Assembly (NCBI GenBank): GCA_039932615.1
Contig: JBDTPP010000001.1
Coordinates: 4,854 to 68,853, forward strand
Source: Pseudoxanthomonas sp.
GTDB lineage: Bacteria > Pseudomonadota > Gammaproteobacteria > Xanthomonadales > Xanthomonadaceae
Length of the DNA: 64,000 nt
Reading direction: 5' to 3'
This document shows positions 20,200 to 29,929 of this stretch, piece after piece. Each line of letters starts with the position of its first letter. The first letter of the stretch is position 1. Both the position numbers and the translations under genes were made by a program. The notes under the pieces were generated by a model, which made no database searches, was not told where the DNA came from, and saw only the letters and a program-made list of their open reading frames with translations.

Positions 20200-21102
20200 A
20201 TGAAGAATATTGCCCTCGTCACCGCAGTCGCCACCACGGGCCATGATGAAGACCTTCATCCATTGCTGCATGCCTGCACCCAGGCCGGGCTGCAGGCTCG
20301 CGCCGTTGCCTGGGATGACGCCACCGTCAGCTGGAGGCGCTTTGATGCGGCACTTTTACGCTCGCCGTGGGATTACACCGAGCGTCTGACCGAATTCCTG
20401 GGCTGGTGCGACGGCGTGGAGCAATCCACGCGCCTGCTGAACCCCTTACCGGTGGTGCGCTGGAACACCGACAAGCATTATCTTTCCGACTTGGCCCGCG
20501 CCGGAGTACCGGTGGTTTCAACCATTTTCGTGGAACCCGAGGCCGAACCCCTGCACGCGCTTCAGGCATTCCTGATGGAACAGCCTGCTGCGGAGTTCGT
20601 GATCAAGCCGGCGGTCAGCGCCGGCGCGCGCGACACGCAGCGCTATGCACGGACGCAGGAATTTGCCGCCAGCAACCACATCGCGCGCTTGCTGGAACAG
20701 GGCCGGAGCGTAATGCTGCAGCCCTATCTGCGCTCGGTAGATCATGCCGGCGAAACTGCGCTGGTTTTTTTCAACGGCCAGTTCAGCCACGCGATCCGCA
20801 AAGGCGCGCTGTTGCGAAGCGAACAACCTTCAATCGAAGCGCCCTACGCCACTGGCGACATCAGCCCGCGCGATGCGGACCCAGACGAGCGAGCGCTTGC
20901 CGAACTTGCCCTGTCGGCCGTTGCGCGACGGCTGCAACTTGAGCAGCCGCTGGCTTACGCGCGCATTGACCTGATCGGAGACGACCAGGGCGCTCCCACC
21001 GTGCTGGAAATGGAACTGATCGAGCCTTCGCTTTTCTTCGCCCAGGCACCCGGCAGCGCCGACAAATTCGCGGCCGTCATCGCCCAGCGGCTCGGCGACT
21101 GA
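20200..21102 (+). CDS. RimK/GshB-like ATP-grasp protein (DcsG-like)
   Basis: LRSPWDY, WNTDKHYL, VIKPAVSAGA, LQPYL, YARIDL, LEMELIEPSLF. Confidence 0.85.
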   Translation: MKNIALVTAVATTGHDEDLHPLLHACTQAGLQARAVAWDDATVSWRRFDAALLRSPWDYTERLTEFLGWCDGVEQSTRLLNPLPVVRWNTDKHYLSDLARAGVPVVSTIFVEPEAEPLHALQAFLMEQPAAEFVIKPAVSAGARDTQRYARTQEFAASNHIARLLEQGRSVMLQPYLRSVDHAGETALVFFNGQFSHAIRKGALLRSEQPSIEAPYATGDISPRDADPDERALAELALSAVARRLQLEQPLAYARIDLIGDDQGAPTVLEMELIEPSLFFAQAPGSADKFAAVIAQRLGD

Positions 21103-21210
21103 TCCCCACGGACTCGCACGACCGGTCTTCCGCCGGTAAAATCCCCTTCTGACCTCGGCCAGCCATCGCCTGGCCGGGCCATTCCTCCAGCACCCAGGAA
21201 TTCCCACAGG

Positions 21211-21957
21211 ATGAAGATTCTCGTCGCCTACAAGCGCGTGGTGGACTACAACGTCCGCGTCCAGGTCAAGCCGGATGGTTCCGGCGTGGTCACCGAGGGC
21301 GTCAAGCTTTCGGCCAATCCGTTCGACGAGATCGCTCTCGAAGAGGCCCTGCGACTGCGCGACAAGGGCATCGCCACCGAGGTGATCGTCGCTACCATCG
21401 CCCCGGCCGACGCCCAGGCACACCTGCGCAACGGCTTGGCCATGGGCGCCAACCGCGCCATCCACGTGGTTGTAGATGGCCCGATCCAGCCGCTGACCGC
21501 CGCCCGCACCCTGCTCAAGCTGGTGGAAAAGGAACAACCCGACCTGGTGATCCTGGGCAAGCAGGCCATTGACGACGATTCAAGCCAGACCGGCCAGATG
21601 CTCGCCACGCTATGGGGCCGGCCGCAGGCAACATTTGCCTCGAAACTCGAGATCGCCAACGGCAAGGCCACCGTCACCCGCGAAGTCGACGCCGGCCTGG
21701 AAACACTTGAAATCGATTTGCCGGCCGTGGTCACCACCGACCTGCGCCTCAACGAGCCGCGCTTCATCAAGCTGCCCGACATCATGAAGGCCAAAAGCAA
21801 GCCGCTGGAAAGCATCCCCTTCGCCGACCTGGGCGTGGACAGCGGCGACACCCTCAAGACAACCCATTACGCCGCTCCCGCAAAGCGCGGCAAGGGCGTC
21901 ATGGTCAAGGACGCGGCCGAGCTGGTCGCCGCACTCAAGCAGAAGGGGTTGCTGTAA
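21211..21957 (+). CDS. etfB: Electron transfer flavoprotein beta subunit
   Basis: MKILVAYKRVVDY, NPFDEIALEEA, GKQAIDDD, LNEPRF. Confidence 0.97.
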   Translation: MKILVAYKRVVDYNVRVQVKPDGSGVVTEGVKLSANPFDEIALEEALRLRDKGIATEVIVATIAPADAQAHLRNGLAMGANRAIHVVVDGPIQPLTAARTLLKLVEKEQPDLVILGKQAIDDDSSQTGQMLATLWGRPQATFASKLEIANGKATVTREVDAGLETLEIDLPAVVTTDLRLNEPRFIKLPDIMKAKSKPLESIPFADLGVDSGDTLKTTHYAAPAKRGKGVMVKDAAELVAALKQKGLL

Positions 21958-22895
21958 TGAGCAAGGTACTGGTCATCGCTGAACACGCGAACGGCAAACT
22001 CAATGCCGCCACCGCCAAGACTGTCAGCGCCGCATTGGCGTTGAAGCCCGATTCCATCGACATCGCGGTGCTGTCCTCCGATCCGGCCGCAGTAGCATCC
22101 GAAGCCGCGCAGATCAGCGGCGTCGCCAAAGTACTGACTGTTTCGAACAGCGCCAACGAGCATGCCATTGGCCAGGTGCTTGCACCACAGATCGCCAAAC
22201 TTGCCGAGGCTTACACACATGTTTTCGGCCCGTCGACCACTTTCGGCAAGGACCTCATGCCCTGCGTGGCCGCCCTCCTCGGCACCGCCCAGGTTTCAGA
22301 CGTGATGGCGGTCGAAGGCAGCCACACCTTCAAGCGCCCGATCTACGCAGGCAACGCCATCATTACCGTGGAAGCCCCTGCCGATCACGTGGTGGTCGCT
22401 ACGGTGCGCACCGCCTCCTGGCCCGAAGCGGCCAAGGGCGGTAGCGGCACGGTCGAAGCGGTTACGGTCGAGGTTGCGTTGCCCAGCCACACGCGCTTTG
22501 TCAGCCTGGCCGCTGGCAAGTCCGATCGTCCCGACCTGCAGAGCGCGAAACGTGTGGTCTCGGGCGGCCGCGGCGTGGGTTCGGAAGAGAACTTCAAGAT
22601 CATCTACGCCTTCGCCGACAAGCTGGGTGCGGCGGTGGGCGCTTCGCGGGCGGCAGTCGATGCAGGCTACTGCCCCAACGAGATGCAAGTAGGCCAGACC
22701 GGCAAGATCATTGCACCGGAACTGTACGTCGCCATCGGCATCTCAGGCGCCATCCAGCACCTGACCGGGATCAAGGATGCCGGCACCATCGTTGCGATCA
22801 ACAAGGATGCGGAAGCGCCGATCTTCGAGATCGCCGATATCGGACTGGTGGGGGATTTGTTCAAGCTGCTGCCGGACCTGGAAGCGCAACTTTGA
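21957..22895 (+). CDS. etfA: Electron transfer flavoprotein alpha subunit
   Basis: [33 protein letters not shown]. Confidence 0.97.
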   Translation: MSKVLVIAEHANGKLNAATAKTVSAALALKPDSIDIAVLSSDPAAVASEAAQISGVAKVLTVSNSANEHAIGQVLAPQIAKLAEAYTHVFGPSTTFGKDLMPCVAALLGTAQVSDVMAVEGSHTFKRPIYAGNAIITVEAPADHVVVATVRTASWPEAAKGGSGTVEAVTVEVALPSHTRFVSLAAGKSDRPDLQSAKRVVSGGRGVGSEENFKIIYAFADKLGAAVGASRAAVDAGYCPNEMQVGQTGKIIAPELYVAIGISGAIQHLTGIKDAGTIVAINKDAEAPIFEIADIGLVGDLFKLLPDLEAQL

Positions 22896-22912
22896 GGGGA
22901 GGCAAGCCGGCG

Positions 22913-23521
22913 GTGCAGCAACCTGCGGGCAACTATTACGACAAGTACCACACCCGTAATCCGTTGGCCCGAGTGCTGATGAACGGATTTCTCAAGTCGT
23001 TCGATAGTTTGGTCGATAGGATCGACAACCCCGGGTCGGCTTTCGAAGTAGGCTGTGGCGAAGGCGAACTCAGCATCAGGCTGGCAAGACGGGGCATTCG
23101 CGCGTCAGGCGTGGATATCGCGCCCGAAGCGATTGCGGAGGCGCGCAAGCGCGTTCTGTCGGCCGGGGTCCACGTGAATCTGGCGACTGGTTCAATCTAC
23201 GAGCTGGATGTCGAACTCAACAGAGCTGATCTTGTCGTGTGTTGCGAAGTGCTGGAGCACCTGGAGGACACTGGAGCAGCATTGGACGCGTTGCACGCGT
23301 TGTGTGGGAGATGGCTGATCACCAGTGTGCCGCGCGAGCCGATCTGGCGGGTCCTCAACCTCGCCCGGGGTAAATATGTCTCCGAACTGGGCAATACCCC
23401 CGGCCATGTCAGGCACTGGTCCAGCGACAAGTTCCTCGCATTGCTGAAAACCAGGTTTCGCGTTGTCGAATGCCGGACCCCGCTTCCCTGGACCATGGCC
23501 CTTTGCGAACCGCTTCGTTAA
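22913..23521 (+). CDS. Class I SAM-dependent methyltransferase
   Basis: EVGCGEG motif [15 protein letters not shown]; GTG at 22913 follows GGGAGG (ORF track start 22892). Confidence 0.85.
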   Translation: MQQPAGNYYDKYHTRNPLARVLMNGFLKSFDSLVDRIDNPGSAFEVGCGEGELSIRLARRGIRASGVDIAPEAIAEARKRVLSAGVHVNLATGSIYELDVELNRADLVVCCEVLEHLEDTGAALDALHALCGRWLITSVPREPIWRVLNLARGKYVSELGNTPGHVRHWSSDKFLALLKTRFRVVECRTPLPWTMALCEPLR

Positions 23522-24444
23522 AACCAGCCGCCAGGGTCGCGGTCCGCATTGCGAGCTGGTTGTTGAGCCTCGCAGGCCTTGGTTTCTTCGTCCGGCTGGT
23601 AATGCAGCAGGGAATCGACCTGTCGCTCCACCCCCCCGGGGAACTGATCGCCGTGATCTGCGCGGGTGCCGTGGTATATGCAATGGCCGTCGTGATGTTG
23701 TCTTTGCTGTGGACGGCGCTGGTCCAGTCGGGCAAGCCGGATCCCGAAAACCGACGACTACTTGTAGCCTCGTACCTCAAAAGCCAGTTCGCCAAATATC
23801 TTCCAGGCAACGTCCTGCAATATGCGATACGCCATGCGTTGGCACGCCGGACGGGCATGGGGCACGGTGCACTGGCTGCGGCTGCTTTGCTTGAAGCCGC
23901 GCTGCTTTCTTGCGCGGCACTAGCCTTGGTGATCTGGTTCGGGATACCTGGTCTTCATTTACTGTTCGCCGACGCACCCCAAATACCGAGGGCCTACGCC
24001 AGTCTTGTATTGATAGTCGTTCCACTCCTGGCGTGGATGCCGGAGCGATTGCGGCCGGCGTGGCTGCCGCGTTACCGCTGGTCGCTGATCGCCGGCACAC
24101 TAGTCGGCTATGCATTCTTCTTCATCTTGTTCGGCGGGCTTTTCTTTGCGGTTCTTGCCTGGTGCAGCGTGGGTGGCCTGCCGTTCCTGGAAGTTGTTTC
24201 GTCGAGCAGCCTGGCCTGGCTGGTTGGCTTCCTCGTTCCGGGCGCGCCTGCGGGGGCGGGGTTGCGCGAAACAGCGCTGGCCTTGGCCGCGGGCGCCACG
24301 CCTCCCTCCCAGAATGTACTGACTGCAATCGTACTGTTCCGACTGATAACGCTGGGTGGCGACCTCGTTGCGTTTTTAATTGGCCATTACCCAACCTTCG
24401 CCAGGCGCAGGTCTGACGCAGCCAGGGCCAAAGGCACCCTCTGA
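23470..24444 (+). CDS. Flippase-like membrane protein (LPG_synthase_TM/UPF0104 family)
   Basis: SQFAKYLPG, GFLVPGAPAGAGLRE, FRLITLGGD; about 8 TM helices; start uncertain. Confidence 0.75.
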   Translation: MPDPASLDHGPLRTASLKPAARVAVRIASWLLSLAGLGFFVRLVMQQGIDLSLHPPGELIAVICAGAVVYAMAVVMLSLLWTALVQSGKPDPENRRLLVASYLKSQFAKYLPGNVLQYAIRHALARRTGMGHGALAAAALLEAALLSCAALALVIWFGIPGLHLLFADAPQIPRAYASLVLIVVPLLAWMPERLRPAWLPRYRWSLIAGTLVGYAFFFILFGGLFFAVLAWCSVGGLPFLEVVSSSSLAWLVGFLVPGAPAGAGLRETALALAAGATPPSQNVLTAIVLFRLITLGGDLVAFLIGHYPTFARRRSDAARAKGTL

Positions 24445-24465
24445 TAGAATCCTTGCCTTCATAGA

Positions 24466-25440
24466 ATGCGGGAGACAGTTCCCTTGAAGCTGGTCATACA
24501 GATCCCCTGCCTCAATGAATCAGGCACGCTTGCGATAGCAATCAACGATCTGCCGCGCAATGTAGCTGGGTTCGACCAGGTCGAGTGGCTCGTGATTGAC
24601 GACGGCTCCAGCGACGGGACCGCCGACCTCGCCTTGCAACTGGGTGTGGATCATGTGGTGAGACATCCCGTGAACCGTGGGCTCGCAACCGCGTTCATGA
24701 CTGGCCTGGACACCGCGCTTCGCGCCGGGGCCGATGTGATCGTCAACACCGATGCGGACAATCAGTACGACGCCTCGTATATCCCCGTCCTCACGGCTCC
24801 GATTCTCGACGGCACCGCGGACATCGTGATCGGTGCAAGGCCAATCGCTGATACGGAGCATTTTTCGTGGATCAAGAAGCGGCTGCAGCACCTTGGCAGC
24901 TGGGCCGTAAGGATGGCCAGCAAAACCGACGTGATCGATGCGCCGAGCGGCTTTCGCGCGATTTCCCGAAGCGCCGCAATCAAGTTGAATGTGTTCAATC
25001 CTTACACCTATACGATCGAGACAATCATACAAGCGGGCCTCAGTAACCTGCGCGTGAAGTCGATCCCGGTGAAAACCAACCCCGATCTACGCCCATCCCG
25101 CCTGGTCAAGAGCATATCCAGTTACGTGCGCCGTTCGCTAATCACGATCCTGCGGGTATTCATCACTTACAGGCCACTATATTTCTTCTTCGTATTCTCG
25201 CTCGCGGTCTCCATCCCCGGTCTTATCCTCGGCTTGCGGTTCCTTTATTTCTACTGGACCGGAAGCGGGGTGGGCCATGTGCAGTCGCTCATCCTTGCAT
25301 CGCTCCTGGTCATCCTCGGCGCGCTGATTGCGCTATGCGGGTTGTTGGCGGATCTCATTTCCGTCAACAGGAAGCTGCTGGAGAAAAACCTGGAAATTTC
25401 CCGGGAAAACAAATACAACTCCCGGACCCTCGACAACTGA
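24466..25440 (+). CDS. GT2 polyprenyl-phosphate glycosyltransferase (DPM1/GtrB-like)
   Basis: IQIPCLNE, IDDGSSDGT, NRGL, DADNQY, SGFRA; two C-terminal TM helices; start may be TTG 24484. Confidence 0.9.
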   Translation: MRETVPLKLVIQIPCLNESGTLAIAINDLPRNVAGFDQVEWLVIDDGSSDGTADLALQLGVDHVVRHPVNRGLATAFMTGLDTALRAGADVIVNTDADNQYDASYIPVLTAPILDGTADIVIGARPIADTEHFSWIKKRLQHLGSWAVRMASKTDVIDAPSGFRAISRSAAIKLNVFNPYTYTIETIIQAGLSNLRVKSIPVKTNPDLRPSRLVKSISSYVRRSLITILRVFITYRPLYFFFVFSLAVSIPGLILGLRFLYFYWTGSGVGHVQSLILASLLVILGALIALCGLLADLISVNRKLLEKNLEISRENKYNSRTLDN

Positions 25441-25448
25441 GATAAGCG

Positions 25449-27485
25449 GTGGCATCCATGCTTGCATTGAAGGAAAGGGGCTTGGGCAGCTCCATCGGAT
25501 GGCCGCTGGCGGTCTTGGCGATACTCGCATTCGCAGTACTTTTCAGCATGCACTATCAATATCCCGGGCTGTTCATGGACTCGGTGAACCCGGAATATCT
25601 GGCTTCCCGCATCCTCTACCACGCGTCTGCGCAATACAACCACGTATCCATAGTGCCGGGGAACCTGATCCACGACCGTTTTCCGGTATTGGCGGGCAGC
25701 TTCTATCATGGTCCGCTGCAGCTCTACACATCCCTGCCGATCTATTACGCACTGGATACCACCATCACCTCGGCTCGCGTGGCGCAAGGCATGTACGGGG
25801 TGGCGATACTGTTGGTGTCGGCTGGATTGCTACGTCGCAGCGGAATGCCTGCAGCAATCGCGTTCGTGGTGCTGCTGCTGCTAGCCGTCGACCCTGCCTT
25901 CATGCAGATTTTCAAGACCCAGGCTCTCAGCACCGTCTGGCCGCTGAGCTTGCTGTTGGCCTCGGTCTACATCAACGAGCGATGGGCGCTTTCAGGGCGC
26001 GCTCCTAAAGCCTGGGAGCTGATCGCGTCCGGCGCACTGGCCGGCCTGGCATTCTTCAGCTACTTCATCTATCTGTTTTTCGTTCCCGCAATCCTGTTGC
26101 ATTTGCTGATGGCATCCCGTTCGGTGCCTCGGAAAAAGGGCTTGTGGAAGGTCTTCGTCGTCTATTCGCTGGGCTATCTGGTTGGATGTATTCCCTACTT
26201 CATAGGTTTCGGTCTGTTGTTCTCGCGCTTTGACGGCTGGGCGAGCTTTTTCGCCTACCTGACCGGCGCGGCAAACGACCTGCAGGTTACCAACCAGGGC
26301 GTCGGCTGGGCGCACAGGTTCATCAAGCTGTCCACGTCCTGGAAGATTGCGATGGACGATAGCTGGGTGTCGCTCATGGTGTTCCAGCAGGCCGGCGCGA
26401 CTTTCCTTGGCGCCTGGAAACCGTTGTTGCTCGCCATGATTTCTCTACTGGGGGTCGTTGCAGGTCGGCATGGGCCCGGTGAGCGCCGCCTGCCGCTTTT
26501 CTTTGCCGCTGCATGGATAGGATTCATCCTGATGGCGCTGCCGTTGGGATCACGGCTTGACGGACATCACTACGTCGTCCTGCTTCCCTGTCTTTACTTG
26601 AGCGCTGCGTTTTCCGCGCGCGCGCTGCTTGCGCGTGACTACCGCAGCGCGCCGAAAGAACTCGCCCCGATCGTCCTGGGCGCCTGCATGCTGCTGTTGT
26701 CTTGCGAAGCAATCTTCACCCAGGTCGCGTTCCAGGGAAGACTCGTGCGGACAAGGGGCGTCGGGGCCTACTCCGCAACCATCAATGATCTGTCAACTAC
26801 GGCACTCAAGCATCCGGATGAAGTGTATGCGTTTCCGGACTGGGGGTTCTTCATGCCGTTTGCCTTCCTTACCCATGGCAAGGTTGCGTACAAAGTCGAT
26901 CCGGCTGTATCACGCGAAAACGTCCTTGATAGCGTTTGCAAAGGCCGGCCGTTCAACCTGGTGCGAGCTGGCGACGGCTGGGTTGGTCGGGACGCGGTCG
27001 CTTCGCTTGATGTAAAGAGGGCGAGCGCACGGACTCTGGTTCCAGAGATGGTCCCGCAAACGCAGCGTTATTCCCATCAGGATGGCAGTCCTATTTTCGA
27101 AGTCCACCGTTTCGAATTGGCCAAAGGGCAGGATGCCGGGTTCTGTGGGATTTATGCTTTGCCCAGGTGCTCACTTTCAGTCGCCGCCAGGGGCGCCGGG
27201 CTGGACGCGACGCCTTGCTCGATGAGCCTGTGTCCCAACACGCCACCGGAGGCTGTTCAGATTGCGTGGCAAAGCGGAGATTCCAATATCGAATCCACCG
27301 AAATCTGGGTGTCTTCCAACGCCACATCTCCAAAAAAGCTATGGATGAAAGTCGCTGGTTCCGGGAAGGCAACGACTGGCCCATGGGCAGGGCCCGGGAA
27401 TGTGTTCGAACTTCGCCAAGCCGGATCGGGCAAGCCCCTCGCCACGCGGACACTCGGCGGGCTGGAATGCCGGACGTCCCGGTAA
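25449..27485 (+). CDS. GT-C-fold (ArnT/PMT-like) integral membrane glycosyltransferase with C-terminal soluble beta domain
   Basis: N-terminal TM, then an acidic first loop (MDSVNPEY) and YHGPL; about 11-12 TM helices; follows the GT2 and flippase genes. Confidence 0.7.
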   Translation: MASMLALKERGLGSSIGWPLAVLAILAFAVLFSMHYQYPGLFMDSVNPEYLASRILYHASAQYNHVSIVPGNLIHDRFPVLAGSFYHGPLQLYTSLPIYYALDTTITSARVAQGMYGVAILLVSAGLLRRSGMPAAIAFVVLLLLAVDPAFMQIFKTQALSTVWPLSLLLASVYINERWALSGRAPKAWELIASGALAGLAFFSYFIYLFFVPAILLHLLMASRSVPRKKGLWKVFVVYSLGYLVGCIPYFIGFGLLFSRFDGWASFFAYLTGAANDLQVTNQGVGWAHRFIKLSTSWKIAMDDSWVSLMVFQQAGATFLGAWKPLLLAMISLLGVVAGRHGPGERRLPLFFAAAWIGFILMALPLGSRLDGHHYVVLLPCLYLSAAFSARALLARDYRSAPKELAPIVLGACMLLLSCEAIFTQVAFQGRLVRTRGVGAYSATINDLSTTALKHPDEVYAFPDWGFFMPFAFLTHGKVAYKVDPAVSRENVLDSVCKGRPFNLVRAGDGWVGRDAVASLDVKRASARTLVPEMVPQTQRYSHQDGSPIFEVHRFELAKGQDAGFCGIYALPRCSLSVAARGAGLDATPCSMSLCPNTPPEAVQIAWQSGDSNIESTEIWVSSNATSPKKLWMKVAGSGKATTGPWAGPGNVFELRQAGSGKPLATRTLGGLECRTSR

Positions 27486-27588
27486 ACGTGGGAGAATACG
27501 GCCCTCGTTTTACCCTCATCGCCGATTCGCACCATCCGGTTTCGGTCCAGCTTGCTGTTTTGCACTGACAACTACTGCGGAGAATCAA

Positions 27589-28086
27589 ATGAAGCTTGCT
27601 CGGATAATCGCCATTGCCATTGGCTCGACATTGATCGCGTCTTGCGATCGTCCCGCCGACCAGACTACCCCCGCTTCTGCGCCGACCGAAGTCGGTGCAG
27701 GTGCAGCGGATGCTTCGCAGGAACCCGCAGCCGCAGCCGTACCTGAAGTTCCCGAGAACATCAATCCAGCGGTCGTGCTGGAAGTCTCTCCCAACCCGCT
27801 CGAGCTGTGCGACGGAAGCAAGCTGGGTACGGTAGAGGTCAGGTGGGACGTCACTGCGGCCGCGCCAAGCAATTTCTCCATATGGGTCGCTGCACCGAAC
27901 CAGGAACGGAAGCTGTGGATGTCCAGCAAGGAATCCACTGGCAACAACAAGACCGGTGACTGGGTTCGGGACCAGACCAGATTCTGGCTGGTTGACGACA
28001 AGGGCGTCGTGATCGCCACGACTACGGTGGCTACCGGCGCCTGCGCCGACCAGGCGCCAGCGGCGCCAGCCACACCAGCGCAGTAA
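27589..28086 (+). CDS. Hypothetical lipoprotein with Ala/Pro/Thr-rich linker
   Basis: GGAGA RBS, MKLARIIAIAIGSTLIASC lipobox; domain paralogous to the GT-C C-terminus. Confidence 0.85.
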   Translation: MKLARIIAIAIGSTLIASCDRPADQTTPASAPTEVGAGAADASQEPAAAAVPEVPENINPAVVLEVSPNPLELCDGSKLGTVEVRWDVTAAAPSNFSIWVAAPNQERKLWMSSKESTGNNKTGDWVRDQTRFWLVDDKGVVIATTTVATGACADQAPAAPATPAQ

Positions 28087-28123
28087 TCCGGTTGCTGCGG
28101 CCCGGCCGCTATGCTTGAAACCG

Positions 28124-28147
28124 ACGGGGACTTCAAGTCCCCGTTTT
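28124..28147 (+). terminator. Intrinsic terminator
   Basis: ACGGGGACTT-C-AAGTCCCCGT-TTT. Confidence 0.75.
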
Positions 28148-28238
28148 CGTGGTCTGGGCTTGCACGATGGCCGTGTGGCTTTCGCGCCTGTCACATGTCC
28201 CCTAGGTCAGCTTTGGCACCACGCGAGTGGGCTCATGC

Positions 28239-28883
28239 TCAGCGCTTGTCGCGCTTTCCGGGAGTAGTGGGCGCAGCGCTGCCTGCGTTTGCGTATGCGA
28301 GGTAGCGAAAGCTGCCGTCCGGGAGCGTTTCCTGGAAGAGCTCGACTTGCGGCAAGGTCTCGGCCAGCTGCTCCATGAAAACGACCTTGGTAAAATTTGC
28401 CGTTAACTCATCGGGAAACGACATCGAGATGCGGCAGGTCTGGCTGTGGCAAGTCGATTCAAGCGACGTGGGCGCAACGGCATGCTCTTTGGCCAACGTC
28501 GTGGCGGCCAACGCATTGCCTATAGTCCGCTCGGTGCGGCTGGCCCAGGCAGCGGACAAGGGTTCGATGACGAACTTGTTTTCGCGGTCCCGGCGTGCGT
28601 TGCCTTCCAGTTGCGCAATCTGTCCAGGCATCAGCGGTAGTTCGTCGCCCAAGTAACCGTGCGCGCGACCCAAGCCGCTTCCCATGTTGTTGCCGGGCGA
28701 GCGATTGCCTGCGCGGCTCGCCTCAAGCCGATCAAGCCGCTGCAGGATTTGATTCTGCGACTCGAATAGTTGTTTAAGCTCGCTATCGGTGCTGCTGGTC
28801 TGGCTTCGGCCATTGGCGTAGACAAGAGTGAACGCCGCCACGACCAGGGCGGCCAGGAGGGCAACGGGAAAGACTCTGGACAT
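28239..28883 (-). CDS. Hypothetical membrane-anchored protein, paralog of 31801..32460
   Basis: N-terminal hydrophobic helix, ILQRLDRLE, EPLSAAWA, TCHSQTCRISM; clear homology to the second copy. Confidence 0.85.
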   Translation of the reverse strand: MSRVFPVALLAALVVAAFTLVYANGRSQTSSTDSELKQLFESQNQILQRLDRLEASRAGNRSPGNNMGSGLGRAHGYLGDELPLMPGQIAQLEGNARRDRENKFVIEPLSAAWASRTERTIGNALAATTLAKEHAVAPTSLESTCHSQTCRISMSFPDELTANFTKVVFMEQLAETLPQVELFQETLPDGSFRYLAYANAGSAAPTTPGKRDKR

Positions 28884-28983
28884 GCATTCACCTGTGGGTG
28901 GAAGTAACGGGTCAGCTTGATTGCCCGCCAGGGAAAAGACCCTTGGCGGGCAATGGACGCTTCGGGTTCAGTTGACCTGCCGG

Positions 28984-29523
28984 TCAGTTGGTGGAGTCGG
29001 TATCGTAGTCTTCGCCCAACCTGAAACCGCCCAGCGACATCCCCGCGTTGAGCGTGCACAGCACGTTCCAGCCGTCGATCAGATAAGGGGAGGAAACGTT
29101 GTCCGCAATGCCAGAAATTTCGAAGTTCGTCGCAACACCTGCAGCAACGACCGGGCTGGTCGCCGTGTAGGCGAACTGACTTCCTCCAAAGCTCGCGCCG
29201 CGCCCGTACACAGTGCATGCCACCTTGCCCGGGGTGGCGCCGGCCTTGATATGGACGCGCAAAGTCACTTTCCCCGCTTCCCAGTCGACATCAGCGTCCT
29301 GGTTGATAGGGCAAATGACGCGCTGATTCACGTTGGTGGGATTGTAAATGGCGTTATTGACGAACAGCGCCTCGGCATAAGTGGTAGGCAGGAAAGGCTG
29401 GCACTCTGTAGCGCTGATGCCTTTGTTGTCTAATACTGCAAGAGCCTGCTGGGCCGGGAAAACAGTCAAGCCGATGCTGAGAGCCAGTGCGCTGATCGCG
29501 CCGCTACCAAGGTATTTTTGCAT
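28984..29523 (-). CDS. Hypothetical secreted 4-Cys protein, paralog of 31164..31700
   Basis: ATG at 29523 with a GGAGA RBS, signal peptide ending AQQALA, KGISATECQPFLPTTYA...EDYDTDSTN. Confidence 0.88.
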   Translation of the reverse strand: MQKYLGSGAISALALSIGLTVFPAQQALAVLDNKGISATECQPFLPTTYAEALFVNNAIYNPTNVNQRVICPINQDADVDWEAGKVTLRVHIKAGATPGKVACTVYGRGASFGGSQFAYTATSPVVAAGVATNFEISGIADNVSSPYLIDGWNVLCTLNAGMSLGGFRLGEDYDTDSTN

Positions 29524-29929
29524 TGTTGATTCTCCAGAAAGTAAGAACATATCCTGAGTCCGAGGGCGGAGCTCAGAATATATATACGGCGGTCGCGACA
29601 ACATGCGGACATCGCAGCGTGTATGCCGCCGCTGGCATGCGTTCAGGTCGCTACCTGAACAGGTAGTGCCATGGACACTCCATGCGCAGGATCCGCTTGT
29701 ACTCCCGTCAATTTTGGCGCACGTGCCTGCGCCTGCAGCACGCCAGCAACGCATTGTGCTTTCCCACGCTTGTTGCTCTGCATGGACCTGCATCCGCACC
29801 CACGCCCACCGAGGTCGATGAAACTGTTACAGGCTCATCGAAGGAACGGGTTGCAGCAGCCGCCACTCGATTTCCGACCGAAATCAGTCCAGCCAGCGTG
29901 CCGAAATCTATCCGAATCCGCGCGCGCTT

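Noticed and set aside
29524-29799. N-terminal extension of the 271-aa ORF
   Set aside because: The RBS, the signal peptide and the paralog length all place the start at 29523.
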